A DNA stretch of 64,000 bases from Macrostomum lignano (lineage: Eukaryota): the NCBI GenBank assembly GCA_002269645.1, contig NIVC01003121.1, forward strand, positions 5,243-69,242, in the 5' to 3' direction. Made by a program: the position numbers and the translations under genes. Below the pieces are notes generated by a model that saw only the letters and a program-made list of their open reading frames with translations, was not told where the DNA came from and searched no databases. Each line of letters begins with the position of its first letter. Within the stretch, counting starts at the first letter, position 1. Shown here piece by piece: positions 33,896 to 48,093 of this stretch.

Positions 33896-35358
33896 TAGTT
33901 TTGGTAGCCTCTCTATCACAGAAGACGTCCAGAGAGAGGAGCGGATCCATGAGAATGCGCTCATAATTACGGGACAGGTGCGGCCTCTGAGTAGATCTTG
34001 GTTTGAAGCATGAGCTAACAGTCTGTAGCACTGCCGCATATTGTACTATACAAGCTAGGGGTTTTATGGTTTAACAGCGGGATCCCTGGTTACTGACCAT
34101 TGCAATCACCGGTCACTGACCAGTGCAATCACCGGTCACTGACCAGTGCAATCACCGGTTACTGACCAGTGCAATCACCGGTCACTGACCAGTGCAATCA
34201 CCGGTCACTGACCAGTGCAATCACCGGTTACTGACCAGTGCAATCACCGGTCACTGACCAGTGCAATCCCGGTTACTGACCAGTGCAATCACCGGTTACT
34301 GACCAGTGCAATCATCGGTCACTGACCATTGCAATCACCGGTCACTGACCAGTGCAATCCCGGTTACTGACCAGTGCAATCACCTGCTCACTGGTCAGTG
34401 CAATCACCGATCACTGACCAGTGCAATCACCGGTCACTGACCAGTGCAACCAGCGGTTTTAGATATCGAGTTCACAGGTTACAGAAATTGAACTCAAACT
34501 GGACTCTAAGTGCCAAGGGTTCATACTACTTTCAACCTATTAGAAGATTTTCAAAGCAGTAAATATCGGACAACAGTGAGCTAAAATTACACTTGTAAAC
34601 AAAAATTTATTTTTCTCGATTGAAAATTATTGAAGTCAAATGTTAAAACGAAATGAGAATTCGTGACAATATATGAATACCTGCATGGTTAATTTAGACT
34701 GGACGGAATATTGGATTAGCATTTGAATTTGAATTTATCCTGCGGAAATAGCAGGATAAGTGAGACGAGTGAGCTAAAGGACGGACGAGAAGCCAGTTGT
34801 CTAAAAATATGGCAGACCGAAATTTGTAAGCATTCGTGAGACTTTTGTCCCCACAGTCCTAAAACTGCTGTGTTTCATCGTATTGAATAGCTTAGCTTGA
34901 AAAGAACTCATGTCGCAGACATGGGAATTCCCTATCAAAGACATGGAAATCCCCACCAAAGACATGGAAATCACAATCAAAGACATAGGAGTACGAGCGT
35001 ACCAAAAATCACAAACTTGGGAATCCCCAATCGCAGGCGAGGGAATCCCCAATCGCAGGCGAGGGAATGCCCAATCGCAGACGAGGGAATCCCCAATCGC
35101 AGACAAGGGAATCCCCGATCGCAGACTAGGGAATACCTAATCGCAGACGAGGGAATCCCCAATCGCAGACTAGGGAATTCTTAATCGCAGACGATATCCC
35201 GGGTCGCAGACGAGGGAATCCACAATCGCAGACAAAGGGAATACCAAAAAGTCTCTGCTTTTAGAAATAAAAATCCGACTCGGAAATCCAAACAGTCAAT
35301 CACGGTAAACTCAAGCATGTGCCGATTGAAGACAAACTTCATCTGCTGGTCTCTCCGA

Positions 35359-37510
35359 TCACCGCAGTCTCGCCAGCTGCAGCCTCCCGCTGCGGCACCC
35401 GACGGCCAGCCGTCCATCCTCAGCCGCGGCCATGCTGTACACCGCCGAGTCCAGCTCCAGCCGGGCCAGCGGCTCCGGCGACGTCTCGCTGGTCACCGCG
35501 GCGGGCCATACAGTCAGGCAGCGGCTGAGAGCGCCGGCCGAGGCCACGGTGGATTTGGCGGTGAACCGGGCGCAGTAGACGTGGTCGGCTGGCCAGCTGG
35601 TGAGGGGGGCCTCGCACTGCCTGGCGTCCCAAAGCTGTAGAGCCGAGCCGGCGCGGTAGGAGCCTGCGGAGCGAATGGTTGGCATGGTTTCAGGGCTGCC
35701 AGCACAGGCAAATCAGAGAGTGGGTAATCCCATGTTCACAATCAAATATTCGAGAAACCCTGCCAAAGACTGCGTGAATTTCACTCAAAGACTCGAGGAA
35801 TTTAACCAGAGTCAGGAATCCCTAACAGTGACTCGGGAATCCCCAGCCGCAGACTCGGAGAATCCCCCAGTCACAAACTCGGGGAGTGGGGAATCCCCAG
35901 TCGCAAAGTCGGTAAGTGGGGAATTCCCAGTCGTAAACTCTGGGAATCCTAGTCGTAAACTGGGGAAATCCCCAGTCGCAGACTTGGGGAATCCCCAATC
36001 GCAGATTCGGGAATCCCCAATCGCAGACTCGGGAATCCCCAATCGCAGACTCTGGGAATCCCCAATCGCAGACTCGGGAATCCCCAATCGCAGACTCGGG
36101 AATCCCCAATCGCAGACTCTGAGAGACCGTAGCTCACCAGTGAGCACGCGGTCGCCTTTCACGTCGAGCCCGTCTGGACAGCAGATGTGCGGCCCGGACA
36201 GGCGCCTGACGGGGTCGCCGCTGGCCAGGCGGAGGTCCCAAAACTTGACGCAGTCGTCCCAGCCGGAGGTCAGCAGAAGGCCGTCGGCGTTGAACCTGGC
36301 GGCGAACAGGCGAGTGGCGTGGCCTTCGGACAGTCGGGGTCGAGATCCCGGTAACCGCTGTACTGCCGGACGGGCTGGCAGGTGCGCAGGTCGTAAACTC
36401 GGACGCTGCAGTCCGAGCCAACCGTGGCCAGGTGCTCGTCCGAGGTGTCCACTGCTGACAGATGGTTGCCCCGCTCGGTGACGACGGTGCTGAAGCCCGG
36501 GCTGCTCCAGTCGGCCTTGTAAACGTAGCCGGAAGTGGCGGCGGCCAGGATGACGTCGGGGTGGCTGCGGATCTGCGGGAAATGCCATTTTATGACAGCA
36601 TCATCACAGCATCAGCATCATTACAGCATGCTACAGCGTATTACAGCATCATTACAGCATATTACAGCATTATTGCAGCATATTACAGCATCATTACAGC
36701 ATATTACAGCATTATTGCAGCATATTACAGCATCATTACAGCATATTACAGCATATTACAGCATTATTGCAGCATATTACAGCATCATTACAGCATATTA
36801 CAGCACCATTACAGCATATTACATCACCATTACAGCATATTACATCACCATTACAGAGTCATTACAGCATCATCACAGCATCATTACAGCATCGTCGCAG
36901 CAAATTACAGCATCATCACAGAATCATTACAGCATCGTCACAGCAAATTACAGCATCATCACAGAATCATTACAGCATCGTCACAGCAAATTACAGCATC
37001 ATCACAGCATCATCACAGCATCATTACAGCATCATCACAGCATCATTACAGCATCGTCGCAGCAAATTACAGCATCATCACAGCATCGTCGCAGCAAATT
37101 ACAGCATCATCACAGCATCATTACAGCATCGTCGCAGCAAATTACAGCATATTACAGCCCGAATCTCATCGAGTCCCGCAATCGCCCGCCCTCACCCCGC
37201 GCACGCAGGCCACCGCCAGCCCGCCAAATGGCTGGTTCTGCTTCACCGTCACCGCCTCGGCCAGAACGGCCGCCTCGCCGCCCGCCGCGAAGTCAGCCGC
37301 CAGGCAGCGAATGCCTTCGGAGCCGGTGCCCAGCACCAGCCGACGGTCGCCGTCAACGTAGCAGAGGGCGAACAGGCCTTCGTCCTCTGGGGAGCCGGCG
37401 ATGGACGGCCCAGCCTCCAGCCGGACGGGACCCCGGGGCTGGTGATGCGGCTGCCCGGCCGAGATTCTGTGCCCAGCCTGCAGTGCGTCTTCCAGATGCT
37501 TCTTTGACAT
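35359..37510 (-). CDS. WD40-repeat protein, mirror copy (one 1-bp frameshift in exon 2)
   Basis: Exons 37510-37196, 36572-36138 and 35663-35359. Reads TGTCCGAA where the left copy has TGTCCCGAA, at ~36329. Confidence 0.82.
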
Positions 37511-38104
37511 TTCCTGGCTTGCTTGAGTGTTGCTTTTGCCTGGGTCGCTTCTAGCGGTCTGGCTTCTATACACACCCTCTCTCTCCTTTCTTGCCTGCCT
37601 CCAAGCTGGAGCGGTGAGTACAGGTGGGGTGGGGCTTGTTAAACTGAGTAAATGTACACCGGCTCCCTTGCCCCACTTTTTGAGGGGCTGATGTGCGCGA
37701 GTGACTATCCAGCACTGGCTCTTCCAGTGCCCACCTGCTATCACGTGACTGAGCAATTTCATTACCAACCCCAGCTCAGCCAGTCCTCATGCCTGGCTCA
37801 AGTGGAATTGGATTTGCGACTCAAATTTTACTGTATGCAACCGGGTATCTTGCGAAGTCTCTGGTGGATTTGCGGATCTCCATCTCGCAGATGAAGGCAA
37901 TTAAAATCAGGGATCCGTGCGGTGCCTCATCTATAATTCCAGCTCTTACGTAGCGTGCAGGGCTGCGCGTGATTCCGAGACACTTTATAATTCTCGTCAA
38001 AGCCTCAGGCCAGTGCTTAAATTGTACGAGCCTGCAATACGAGCGTACATTCTGTGCAGGTGTTCAACTGACATCTTTCGGGAAATCTGCACTTTTCTGG
38101 GCAG

Positions 38105-41100
38105 CTTCACAAACTATAATCTTCACAAACTATAATCTTCACAAACTATAATCTTCACAAACTATAATCTTCACAAACTATAAAAATCTTCACAAACTAG
38201 AATCTTCACAAACTATAAAAATCTTCACAAACTAGAATCTTCACAAACTATAAAAATCTTCACAAACTAGAATCTTCACAAACTATAATCTTCACAAACT
38301 ATAATCTTCACAAACTATAAAAATCTTCACAAACTATAATCTTCACAAACTATAATCTTCACAAACTATAATCTTCACAAACTATAATCTTCACAAACTA
38401 TAAAAATCTTCACAAACTATAATCTTCACAAACTATAATCTTCACAAACTATAATCTTCACAAACTATAATCTTCACAAACTAGAATCTTCACAAACTAC
38501 TCGTAGAATCTTCACAAACTATAATCTTCACAAACTATAATCTTCACAAACTATAATCTTCACAAACTATAATCTTCACAAACTATAATCTTCACAAACT
38601 ATAATCTTCACAAACTATAAAAATCTTCACAAACTATAATCTTCACAAACTATAATCTTCACAAACTATAATCTTCAAAAACTATAAAAATCTTCACAAA
38701 CTATAATCTTCACAAACTATAATCTTCACAAACTATAATCTTCACAAACTATAAAAATCTTCACAAACTATAATCTTCACAAACTATAATCTTCCCAAAC
38801 TATAAAATCTTCGCAAACTTTAACCTTCACAGACTATAATCTTAACAAACTATAATCTTCACAAACTAGAATCTTCACAAACTACTCGTAGAATCTTCAC
38901 AAACTATAATCTTCACAAACTATAATCTTCCCAAACTAGAATCTTCACAGACTATAATATTCACAAACTATAATCTTCCCAAACTAGAATCTTCACAAAC
39001 TATAATCTTCACAAACTATAATCTTCCCAAACTAGAATCTTCACAAACTATAATCTTCACAAACTAGAATCTTCAAAAACTATAATCTTCACAAACTATA
39101 AGAATCTTCACAAAGTATAATCTTCACAAACTATAATCTTCACAAACTATAATCTTCACAAACTAGAATCTTCACAAACTAGAATCTTCCCAAACTATAA
39201 TCTTCACAAACTATAATCTTCCCAAACTAGAATCTTCACAGACTATAATCTTCACAAACTAGAATCGTCACAAACTACAATCTTCACAAACTATAATCTT
39301 CACAAACTTTAATCTTCACAAACTATAATCTTCACAAACTATAATCTTCACAAACTATAATCTTCACAAACTATAATCTTTACAAACTATAATCTTCACA
39401 AACTATAAATATCTTCACAAACTATAATCTTCACAAACTATAAAAATCTTCGCAAACTATAACCTTCACAGACTATAATCTTCCCAAACTATAATCTTCA
39501 CAAACTAGAATCTTCACAAACTACTCGTAGAATCTTCACAAACTAGAATTTTCACAAACTAGAACTATATTTACAAACAATAAGATTCACCAGCTATAAT
39601 ATTTACAAGCTAAAATCTTCAGAAACTAGATTCTTTACAAACATCTCAGGCAGTATTCTAATTAAAAGATTCCAATTTGTGAAGATTCTATAGTTTGTGA
39701 AGATTCTAGTCTGTGAACATTCTATAGTATGTAAATATTCTTGTTTGTGAAGATTCTAGTTTGTGAAGATTCTAGTTTGTGACGATTCTAGTTTGTGAAG
39801 ATTCTAGTTTGTGAAGATTCTAGTTTGTGAAGATTATAGTTTGTGAAGATTCTAGTTTGTGAAGATTATATTTCGTGAAGATTCTAGTCTGTGAAGATTC
39901 TAGTTTGTGAAGATTCTAGTTTGTGAAGATTCTAGTTTGTGAAGATTATACATGTAGTTTGTGAAGATTCTAGTTTGTGAAGATTCTAGTTTGTGAAGAT
40001 TCTAGTTTGGGAAGATTCTAGTTTTTGAATATTCTAGTTTGGGAAGATTCTAGTTTTTGAATATTCTAGTTTGTGAAGATTCTAGTTTGTGAAGATTCTA
40101 GTTTGTGAAGATTATAGTTTGTGAAGATTCTAGTTTGTGAAGATTATATTTCGTGAAGATTCTAGTCTGTGAAGATTCTAGTTTGTGAAGATTCTAGTTT
40201 GTGAAGATTCTAGTTTGTGAAGATTATACATGTAGTTTGTGAAGATTCTAGTTTGTGAAGATTCTAGTTTGTGAAGATTCTAGTTTGGGAAGATTCTAGT
40301 TTTTGAAGATTCTAGTTTGGGAAGATTCTAGTTTTTGAATATTCTAGTTTGTGACGATTCTAGTTTGTGAAGATTCTAGTTTGTGAAGATTCTTATAGTT
40401 TGTGAAGATTATAGTTCGTGAAGATTCTAGTCTGTGAAGATTCTAGTTTGTGAAGATTCTAGTCTGTGAAGATTATAGTTTGTGAAGATTCTAGTCTGTG
40501 AAGATTCTAGTTTGTGAAGATTCTAGTCTGTGAAGATTATAGTTTGTGAAGATTCTAGTCTGTGAAGATTCTAGCTTTTGAAGATTATAGTTTGTGAAGA
40601 TTATAGTCTGTGAAGATTCTAGTTTGTGAAGATTCTAGTTTGTAAAGATTCTAGTTTGTGAAGATTATACATGTAGTTTGTGAAGATTCTAGTTTGGGAA
40701 GATTCTAGTTTTTGAATGTTCTAGTTTTTGTAGATTCTAGTTGGTGAAGATTCTATAGTTTGTGAAGATTATAGATTATAGTTCATGAAGATTCTAGTTT
40801 GGGAAGATTCTAGTTTTTGAAGATTCTATAGTTTGGGAAGATTCTAGTTTGTGAAGATTCTAGTTTGGGAAGATTCTAGTTTTTGAATGTTCTAGTTTTT
40901 GTAGATTCTAGTTGGTGAAGATTCTATAGTTTGTGAAGATTATAGATTATAGTTCATGAAGATTCTAGTTTGGGAAGATTCTAGTTTTTGAAGATTCTAT
41001 AGTTTGGGAAGATTCTAGTTTTTGAAGATTCTAGTTTGTGACGATTCTAGTTTGGGAAGATTCTAGTTTTTGAATGTTCCAGTTTTTGTAGATTCTAGTT

Positions 41101-41195
41101 GGTGAAGATTCTATAGTTTGTGAAGATTATAGTTCGTGAAGATTCTAGTTTGGGAAGATTCTATGGTTTGTGAAGATTCCATAGCTTGTGAATAT
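38105..41195. repeat. Mirror fold-back 16-bp satellite
   Basis: Units at ~38105-39560, loop ~39560-39670, inverted units ~39670-41195. The first half is dominated by the AAACTATAATCTTCAC variant. Confidence 0.93.
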
Positions 41196-43699
41196 TCTAG
41201 TAGATTCATCTAGTTGCCATAAGTGGTTGGAATTTGCTTTCCAGATGGTCATCAGTGGCGTTCAGATGGAGAAATTTGATGCAATGAAGTTTTGAGAAGC
41301 CGAGCTGTCAGTCTTGTAATTGCAGTTTGCTGCGCAGCGTTTTCAAAGTGTGTACAAATTAGAGTTTATTCATACGCAGGCAAAATATGCAATAAACACA
41401 AGAGGGTTCATATCTGTTGCACGTTTACACCGCTGAGTTATCGGATAAAAATATGTATATTATATAAAAATAATAAATATATAACATAGGAACAGATAAG
41501 CCGGAGGCAAAGTAAGGTGCGCGCAAGGCAGAAAAGGACCAGGGGCAAATCAGACAAAGCCGAACTGTAAGCATGTACCAGCTTAATTAATTGCACAGTC
41601 CGCTAGAGCCCTGCTAACTAGAGAGAGAGGTCTGACAGAGACAGAAATTGCGACCTGTTGCCAACAGAAGAAAAACGAGCTGCAAAGTTAGGAGGGAAAC
41701 AAACCAGCTAAACTGAAGCTGAATGGGTCACTTGGTCTGAATTTTAATACCATAAATGCTTGCTTGTTAAAAAAGAGCGGGCGGGGAGAGTGTGGCAAAG
41801 AGTGCGGCAGAGAGCGGAGAGAGAGTGACAGAGGGTGGTGGGAGTGTGACAGAGGGCTGAGAGAGCGGGGCAGAGGGCGGAGAGAGTGTGACAGAAGGCG
41901 GAGAGAGTGGGGCAGAGGGTGGAGAGAGTGTGACAGAAGGCGGAGAGAGTGGGGCAGAGGGTGGAGAGAGTGTGACAGAGGGCGGAGAGAGAGTGACAAA
42001 GAGCGGAGAGAGAGAGAGTGACAGAGAGCGGAGAGAGTGACAGAGAGCGGAGAGAGGGAGTGACAGAGAGCGGAGAGAGAGAGAGTGACAGATAGCGGAG
42101 AGAGTGACAGAGAGCGGAGAGAGTGACAGAGAGCGGAGAGAGAGTGACAGAGAGCGGAGAGTGGGGCAGAGAGCGGAGAGAGAGAGTGACAGAGAGCGGA
42201 GAGAGAGTGACAGAGAGCGGAGGGAGTGGGGCAGAGAGCGGAGGGAGTGGGGCAGAGAGCGGAGGGAGTGGGGCAGAGAGCGGAGGGAGTGGGGCAGAGA
42301 GCGGAGAGTGACAGAGAGCGGAGGGAGTGGGGCAGAGAGCGGAGGGAGTGGGGCAGAGAGCGGAGGGAGTGGGGCAGAGAGCGGAGGGAGTGGGGCAGAG
42401 AGCGGAGGGAGTGGGGCAGAGAGCGAAGGGAGTGGGGCAGAGAGCGGAGAGAGAGTGGGGCAGAGAGCGGAGAGAGAGTGGGGCAGAGAGCGGAGGGAGT
42501 GGGGCAGAGAGCGGAGAGCGTGTGACAGAGAGCGGATAGAGAGTGACAAAGAGCGGAGAGAGTGTGACAGTGAGCGGAGGGAGTGGGGCAGAGAGCGGAG
42601 GGAGTGGGGCAGAGAGCGGAGGGAGTGGGGCAGAGAGCGGAGAGAGTGGGGCAGAGAGCGGAGAGAGAGTGGGGCAGAGAGCGGAGGGAGTGGGGCAGAG
42701 AGCGGAGAGCGTGTGACAGAGAGCGGATAGAGAGTGACAAAGAGCGGAGAGAGTGTGACAGTGAGCGGAGGGAGTGGGGCAGAGAGCGGAGGGAGTGGGG
42801 CAGAGAGCGGAGGGAGTGGGGCAGAGAGCGGAGAGAGAGTGACAGAGAGCGGAGGGAGTGGGGCAGAGAGCGGAGGGAGTGGGGCAGAGAGCGGAGGGAG
42901 TGGGGCAGAGAGCGGAGGGAGTGGGGCAGAGAGCGGAGGGAGTGGGGCAGAGAGCGAAGGGAGTGGGGCAGAGAGCGGAGAGAGAGTGGGGCAGAGAGCG
43001 GAGAGAGAGTGGGGCAGAGAGCGGAGGGAGTGGGGCAGAGAGCGGAGAGCGTGTGACAGAGAGCGGATAGAGAGTGACAAAGAGCGGAGAGAGTGTGACA
43101 GTGAGCGGAGGGAGTGGGGCAGAGAGCGGAGGGAGTGGGGCAGAGAGCGGAGGGAGTGGGGCAGAGAGCGGAGGGAGTGGGGCAGAGAGCGGAGGGAGTG
43201 GGGCAGAGAGCGGAGAGCGTGTGACAGAGAGCGGATAGAGAGTGACAAAGAGCGGAGAGAGTGTGACAGTGAGCGAAGAGGTAGAAGGCGGAGAGAGTGA
43301 CAGGGCAGTGACAGAATTGGAGATCGAGAAGAGGATCGCAAGCAGAGGACAGGCAGCTCACAAAAGGCAGTGCGTGGGTCATATAAAAGTGCACAGAGCC
43401 GCAGAGACAAGTGCTGATATGCGAGTTTAGAATCCGTGAAACAAACAATAAATCTGAGTAGCATTTATAAATCAACAGGTAAAAGAGCCTACAAAGAAGG
43501 AAAATATGATGGGCTAAGCACTGATTGCCAAAATTATATAGTCAAAAAGAAAAATAGAAATAAAATCAGAAATCTTCTAGGAGCAAACAAATCTGCAAGA
43601 GTTGCAGGATGAGCTGGCAGTTTGCAATCGGACAGCTTTACAGCCTGAGTTGCAGCTCAAACCCAAGTCGCCAGTCCAGTTGTTATCATGAAAAACTAT

Positions 43700-46574
43700 C
43701 TATCGATAACCATAGTAGTCCATGTACCTGTAGGAGTTTGCGGCCAGCAACGCGCTGGCCAGGGCCTGCGACTTGCGTGAGCGGCGCAGCGCCAGGCGAG
43801 TGATGCGCGCCCTCTGGCGTTCCAGCTTCTCCTCCTGGCGGCGCTGCTCTTCCTTCCTCTTGAGCCAGCTGGCGGGGTGGGGGGGGTTCGGGATGGACTA
43901 GGATTCGAACTCTGGACTGTGCCACCAGCGCTTTTAACTCTGTGAACTAACCAGAGTAACTGACCTCAGGTTACCTTGAGGTGGCTAATTACAGATGGGT
44001 AACCTCAGATGGGTAATCTCAGGTGGGTAACCTCAGGTGGGTAACCTTAGGTGGGTAACCTCAGGTGCGTAACCTCAGTTGGGTAATCTCAGGTGGGTAA
44101 TCTCAGGTGGGTAATCTCAGGTGGGTAATCTCAGGTGGGTAACCTCAGGTGGGTAACCTCAGGTAGGGAGCAACACAGCTGCTGGCGACTCGCCAAAACG
44201 TGTCAGCCCTCCAGGGGTCAGCAGAACGGGGGCTCCAGGACCTCCCTTGCTCCAGGCCCGCGACTCACCTCCTGAATGCCTTGCGACACTCCTCCGGCGA
44301 GTGGATCGCCTCAGGCGGCGGGTCTTCTTCCGACCGCCGCCGCCGCTGCTGCAGGTCGGCCTCGCGGCGGAGCTGCGCCCGCTTCGCCTCCAGCCAGCGC
44401 TCGAAGCTGACGCCGTCGCGCTCGGCCGCTGCGTCCCGGCGCCGATCAGTCTCGGCGCGGCGCGCCGCCTCCGCCCGGCGCTGCTCCGCCTCCGACTGCT
44501 GCTGCTTGCGGATCAGCCAGGCCTGGAAGGCGGCCTCGTTGTCCTCCGCCTTCGAGCCGCCGCCGCCAGATGCTGAGGCGGACGACTTTCGCCCGCTGCC
44601 GCCGCGTTCCCGACGCTTCTTGGCCAGCCAGGCATGGAAGGCGGCCTCGTTCTCCTCGCGGCTGTGCTGCTGCTGCGGCTGCTGCAGCTCGAGCCTCTGC
44701 TGCTCCTCCTGCTGCTGCTGCCTGCTGAAGGAGGCCTGCGGGGCGCTGGTCGGCCGAGCGGCCGCCTGCTGCCGGTTCTTCCGGCGCTGGGACTGCGGTT
44801 GCTGCTGCGCCTGCGGTTGCCGGCGGAACTCGGAGACGGCGGCTGATTTCGGGCGCCGACTTGCCGGTCTGGGCGACGGCGAGTCCTTCGCCTCGAAGTC
44901 GGAGCTGTCGACGAACCGAATCCGACCGCCGTTTACAACGACAACCTTCTGTGATGCTTCTTTCTCTTGCTGCGGCTGCTGCTGTTGTTGCTGCTCAGCA
45001 GTGGTGGTGGGAGGCAATCTGGAAGGTGGTGCTTCATCAACATCGTCTTGATTGGCGGCCGGTTGCGGCATTTCGCCCAGCCCGTCCGCATCGCCGCTTT
45101 CTTGCTGCTGCTGCTGCTGCTGCTGCTGTTCCTCTTCACTGTCCTCCTCCTCGTCCTCCTCCTCCTCGCTCGTGTCCCCGTGCAGCTCACCAGCCGGCGG
45201 CTCGGGCTCGGGCGCCACGCTGACGAGGTTCTCGCTGAAGCGGATTCGTGTCGGCCTGCGCTGGGCCTCCTCCTCCGGCAGCGGCTCGCTCTCCAGCTGG
45301 GCGTTCAGCTCGTCTATGCGCGCCCGGGTGACCTCGTAGTCCGGGGGCGGCTCTGCGGCCGGGCGGGGTGGAGGAGAATCGTTTGCGATGTGCAGCTTCA
45401 CCTTTAATGATTAACTTTTAACGTTTTCGGTTTAATTCACCATAAATTGGATTTTATGATGAGGGGGCAGAGCCAAGAATTCTGCCATGACTAGATTCCT
45501 AGATTTTTTTGGCGCCGCAGCCAGGCACACATTTTGGCGCCGCAGCCAGGCACACATTTTGGCGCCGCAGACACTCATTTCGGCGCCGTATACACTCATT
45601 TTGGCGCCGCAGCCAGACACACATTTTGGCGCCGCAGGCACTCATTTTGGCGCCGCAGCCAGGCACTCATTTCGGCGCCGCAGACACTCATTTTGGCGCC
45701 GCAGCCAGACACACATTTTGGCGCCGCAGACACTCATTTCGGCGCCGCAGCCAGGCACACATTTTGGCGCCGCAGCCAGACACACATTTTGGCGCCGCAG
45801 ACACTCATTTCGGCGCCGCAGACACTCATTTCGGCGCCGCAGACACTCATTTTGGCGTCGCAGCCAGGCACTCATTTTGGCGCCGCAGTCAGGCCACTCA
45901 TTTCGGCGCCGCAGACACTCATTGCGGCGCCCTGAAGCAAAATTGTTGATTTCCATAACGGGGTCACAAGGTGGGGCGCGGGAGACAAACCATTGGCATG
46001 TCCCCCCCCATAGCTTTCACTTCGGGGACATCTCCCCCTGTCCCCCGTGGCGACGCCCCTGACTATTTCTTGGAATTACACTGAGAGGATATGGAAACTG
46101 CCGTGCCTCTCTGTTTAACGTTCTCAAAATACTTGAAAAAGCTTCCACGAGTGCATCAAGGAGCTGAGTAGCTCACAGCAGTAATGCAACGGGTTTGTCT
46201 TGCATCTCGGGCCCATGAGGGCCAACCCCTCAGAGCTGAAGCTAAAAATCATATCTAATTCTAGTTTTGCCACCGCTATGATCCTGCTTGACCTCTGCTC
46301 GAGACCGGATCGACTCGCAGACTCACCCATGAGCAGCTGCAAGAACTCCGCGTCCTTTTCCTCTGCAATGCGGAATTGCGGGGTGCGGGGCGGCGGGTGC
46401 TCAAAATGCGATGAAAATCTTAACAAATTCAAATGTAAGTCGCACGCAGCCAAGGAAGCGCTACTCACCGTTCCAATCCTCCGGCCTGGTGCTCTGCAGC
46501 CGCTCGAGCTCCGCCATGGCGGCGCGCTGATCGTCTCGCATGCCGAAGTCGTCGGACTCTCCGGTCTGCGGCAT
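43700..46574 (-). CDS. CCDC181: CCDC181 ortholog, mirror copy, ~464 aa
   Basis: Exons 46574-46469, 46362-46327, 45352-44269 and 43868-43700 total 1395 nt. Intact, with in-frame indels relative to the left copy. Confidence 0.8.
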
Positions 46575-48093
46575 GCCTGCCGATGGGGGCGGCTGCTGGG
46601 GCTCGGCGGTCTGGAAGATGTTTTGGTCGAAAAAAATTTGATTTGGAGCTGAAATTTCAATTTCAAAACAACGTGTTCGTCACTTTGCTAGAATTTATTG
46701 TACAATAAACTTCTGGATACAGCATATTAGCAAGATCTAGATGGTCTTTCTAAGCATAAAAAAGTTTTTTTATCTGTTCTATAATCTTTAATTCAAAAAA
46801 ATTGTCACCTAAATAATAAAAATAAAGATTTAAATGATATTTTCTGTAAACTGGTAACAATCAACTTATATATTAGTTTATTCATATAGTTATGACAAGA
46901 TACAGTAGAATCTTGTAAGTAATATAAGTAATATTTTTAATATTTTATTGATAACGTAGTTTTTCTAGTAGAAAAGGTTACTTTCTAGTAAAGGAGTAAA
47001 TATATTTGTGAAATCAATGCTACATTCAATGGCATGTCAGTGAATCAGCACTCAGAATATTTAATAGACATCTGATAGGCCCTAGTAACAGGAAATTATT
47101 GTAAGAACAAAATATGTAGAAATGGATAGATCAAAATAATTGTTATTTAAAATTACAGCTTTGCTTTCATCCAAACTTCAAAGTCTGTTATATTTGATGT
47201 AATGATGTACTGTCGAATTAAAAAAATTCACACCTACTATATTTTTATTTTATACTACGCTCGTATCATATTCAATTAATAAAAACTAGTACAAACTATT
47301 TATTAAGCATAGCTGAAGATCAGAAGATAGCTAAAAATATAGCAGTACTGTTGTGAAAAATCCCTTGAATCCCTATGAGCTATGACTACTTGTCATTTGG
47401 CAGGTTTTCATTTAAAAGTGATGCCAACGCAATTTTTTAATGATAGTTTCTTTGTATGTTATTAGATTGTGCGTCATTTTTGTTGCATTTTTAAAAATTC
47501 CAGCAACAAGAAGTAAGCCATCAGCAAGCAAGCATTCAATAGTACAAACATGTTTTCAGAGCAGTGCACACCCTTTGGAAAATTAGCTCATCTTTTGACG
47601 TTAAATTTGTCCCTGCATATTTAAACAAATTACCATGACAACAATCGTTGTTCCGGTGTTGCGTAAAACTCCTTTAAAAAGCTATTCAAAAAGCCATAGG
47701 AGTTAACTTATCAGTTTTAGTTCCATTTAAGTAAAGATTATCTCAACAAATTTATCAAAAAAGTAAAAATAAACACACAAAATATCATTTTTAGTTGAAT
47801 TTATACAGCTCTGACGCAAATTCATGTATAATAAGCAATATTACCAGCACACAAAATGTTTATATAATTTTGTATTTAGCCGCTTAAAATATAACAGAGC
47901 GACGATTTGAAGAAAAGCCATACGTATTGTAACTGTGTTTTGGCTTCTGCGGTTGGATTAAAGATCATACGCTTTATATCTCAGTCCTCAAAAAACTAAA
48001 TTGTTAGTCTCATAAATATTGGCGCCGATAAATTACAGTAAAAAGAAACAGCGCTTTCTGTTTTACGGTACACTTTTTCTCAAAACTAAATAT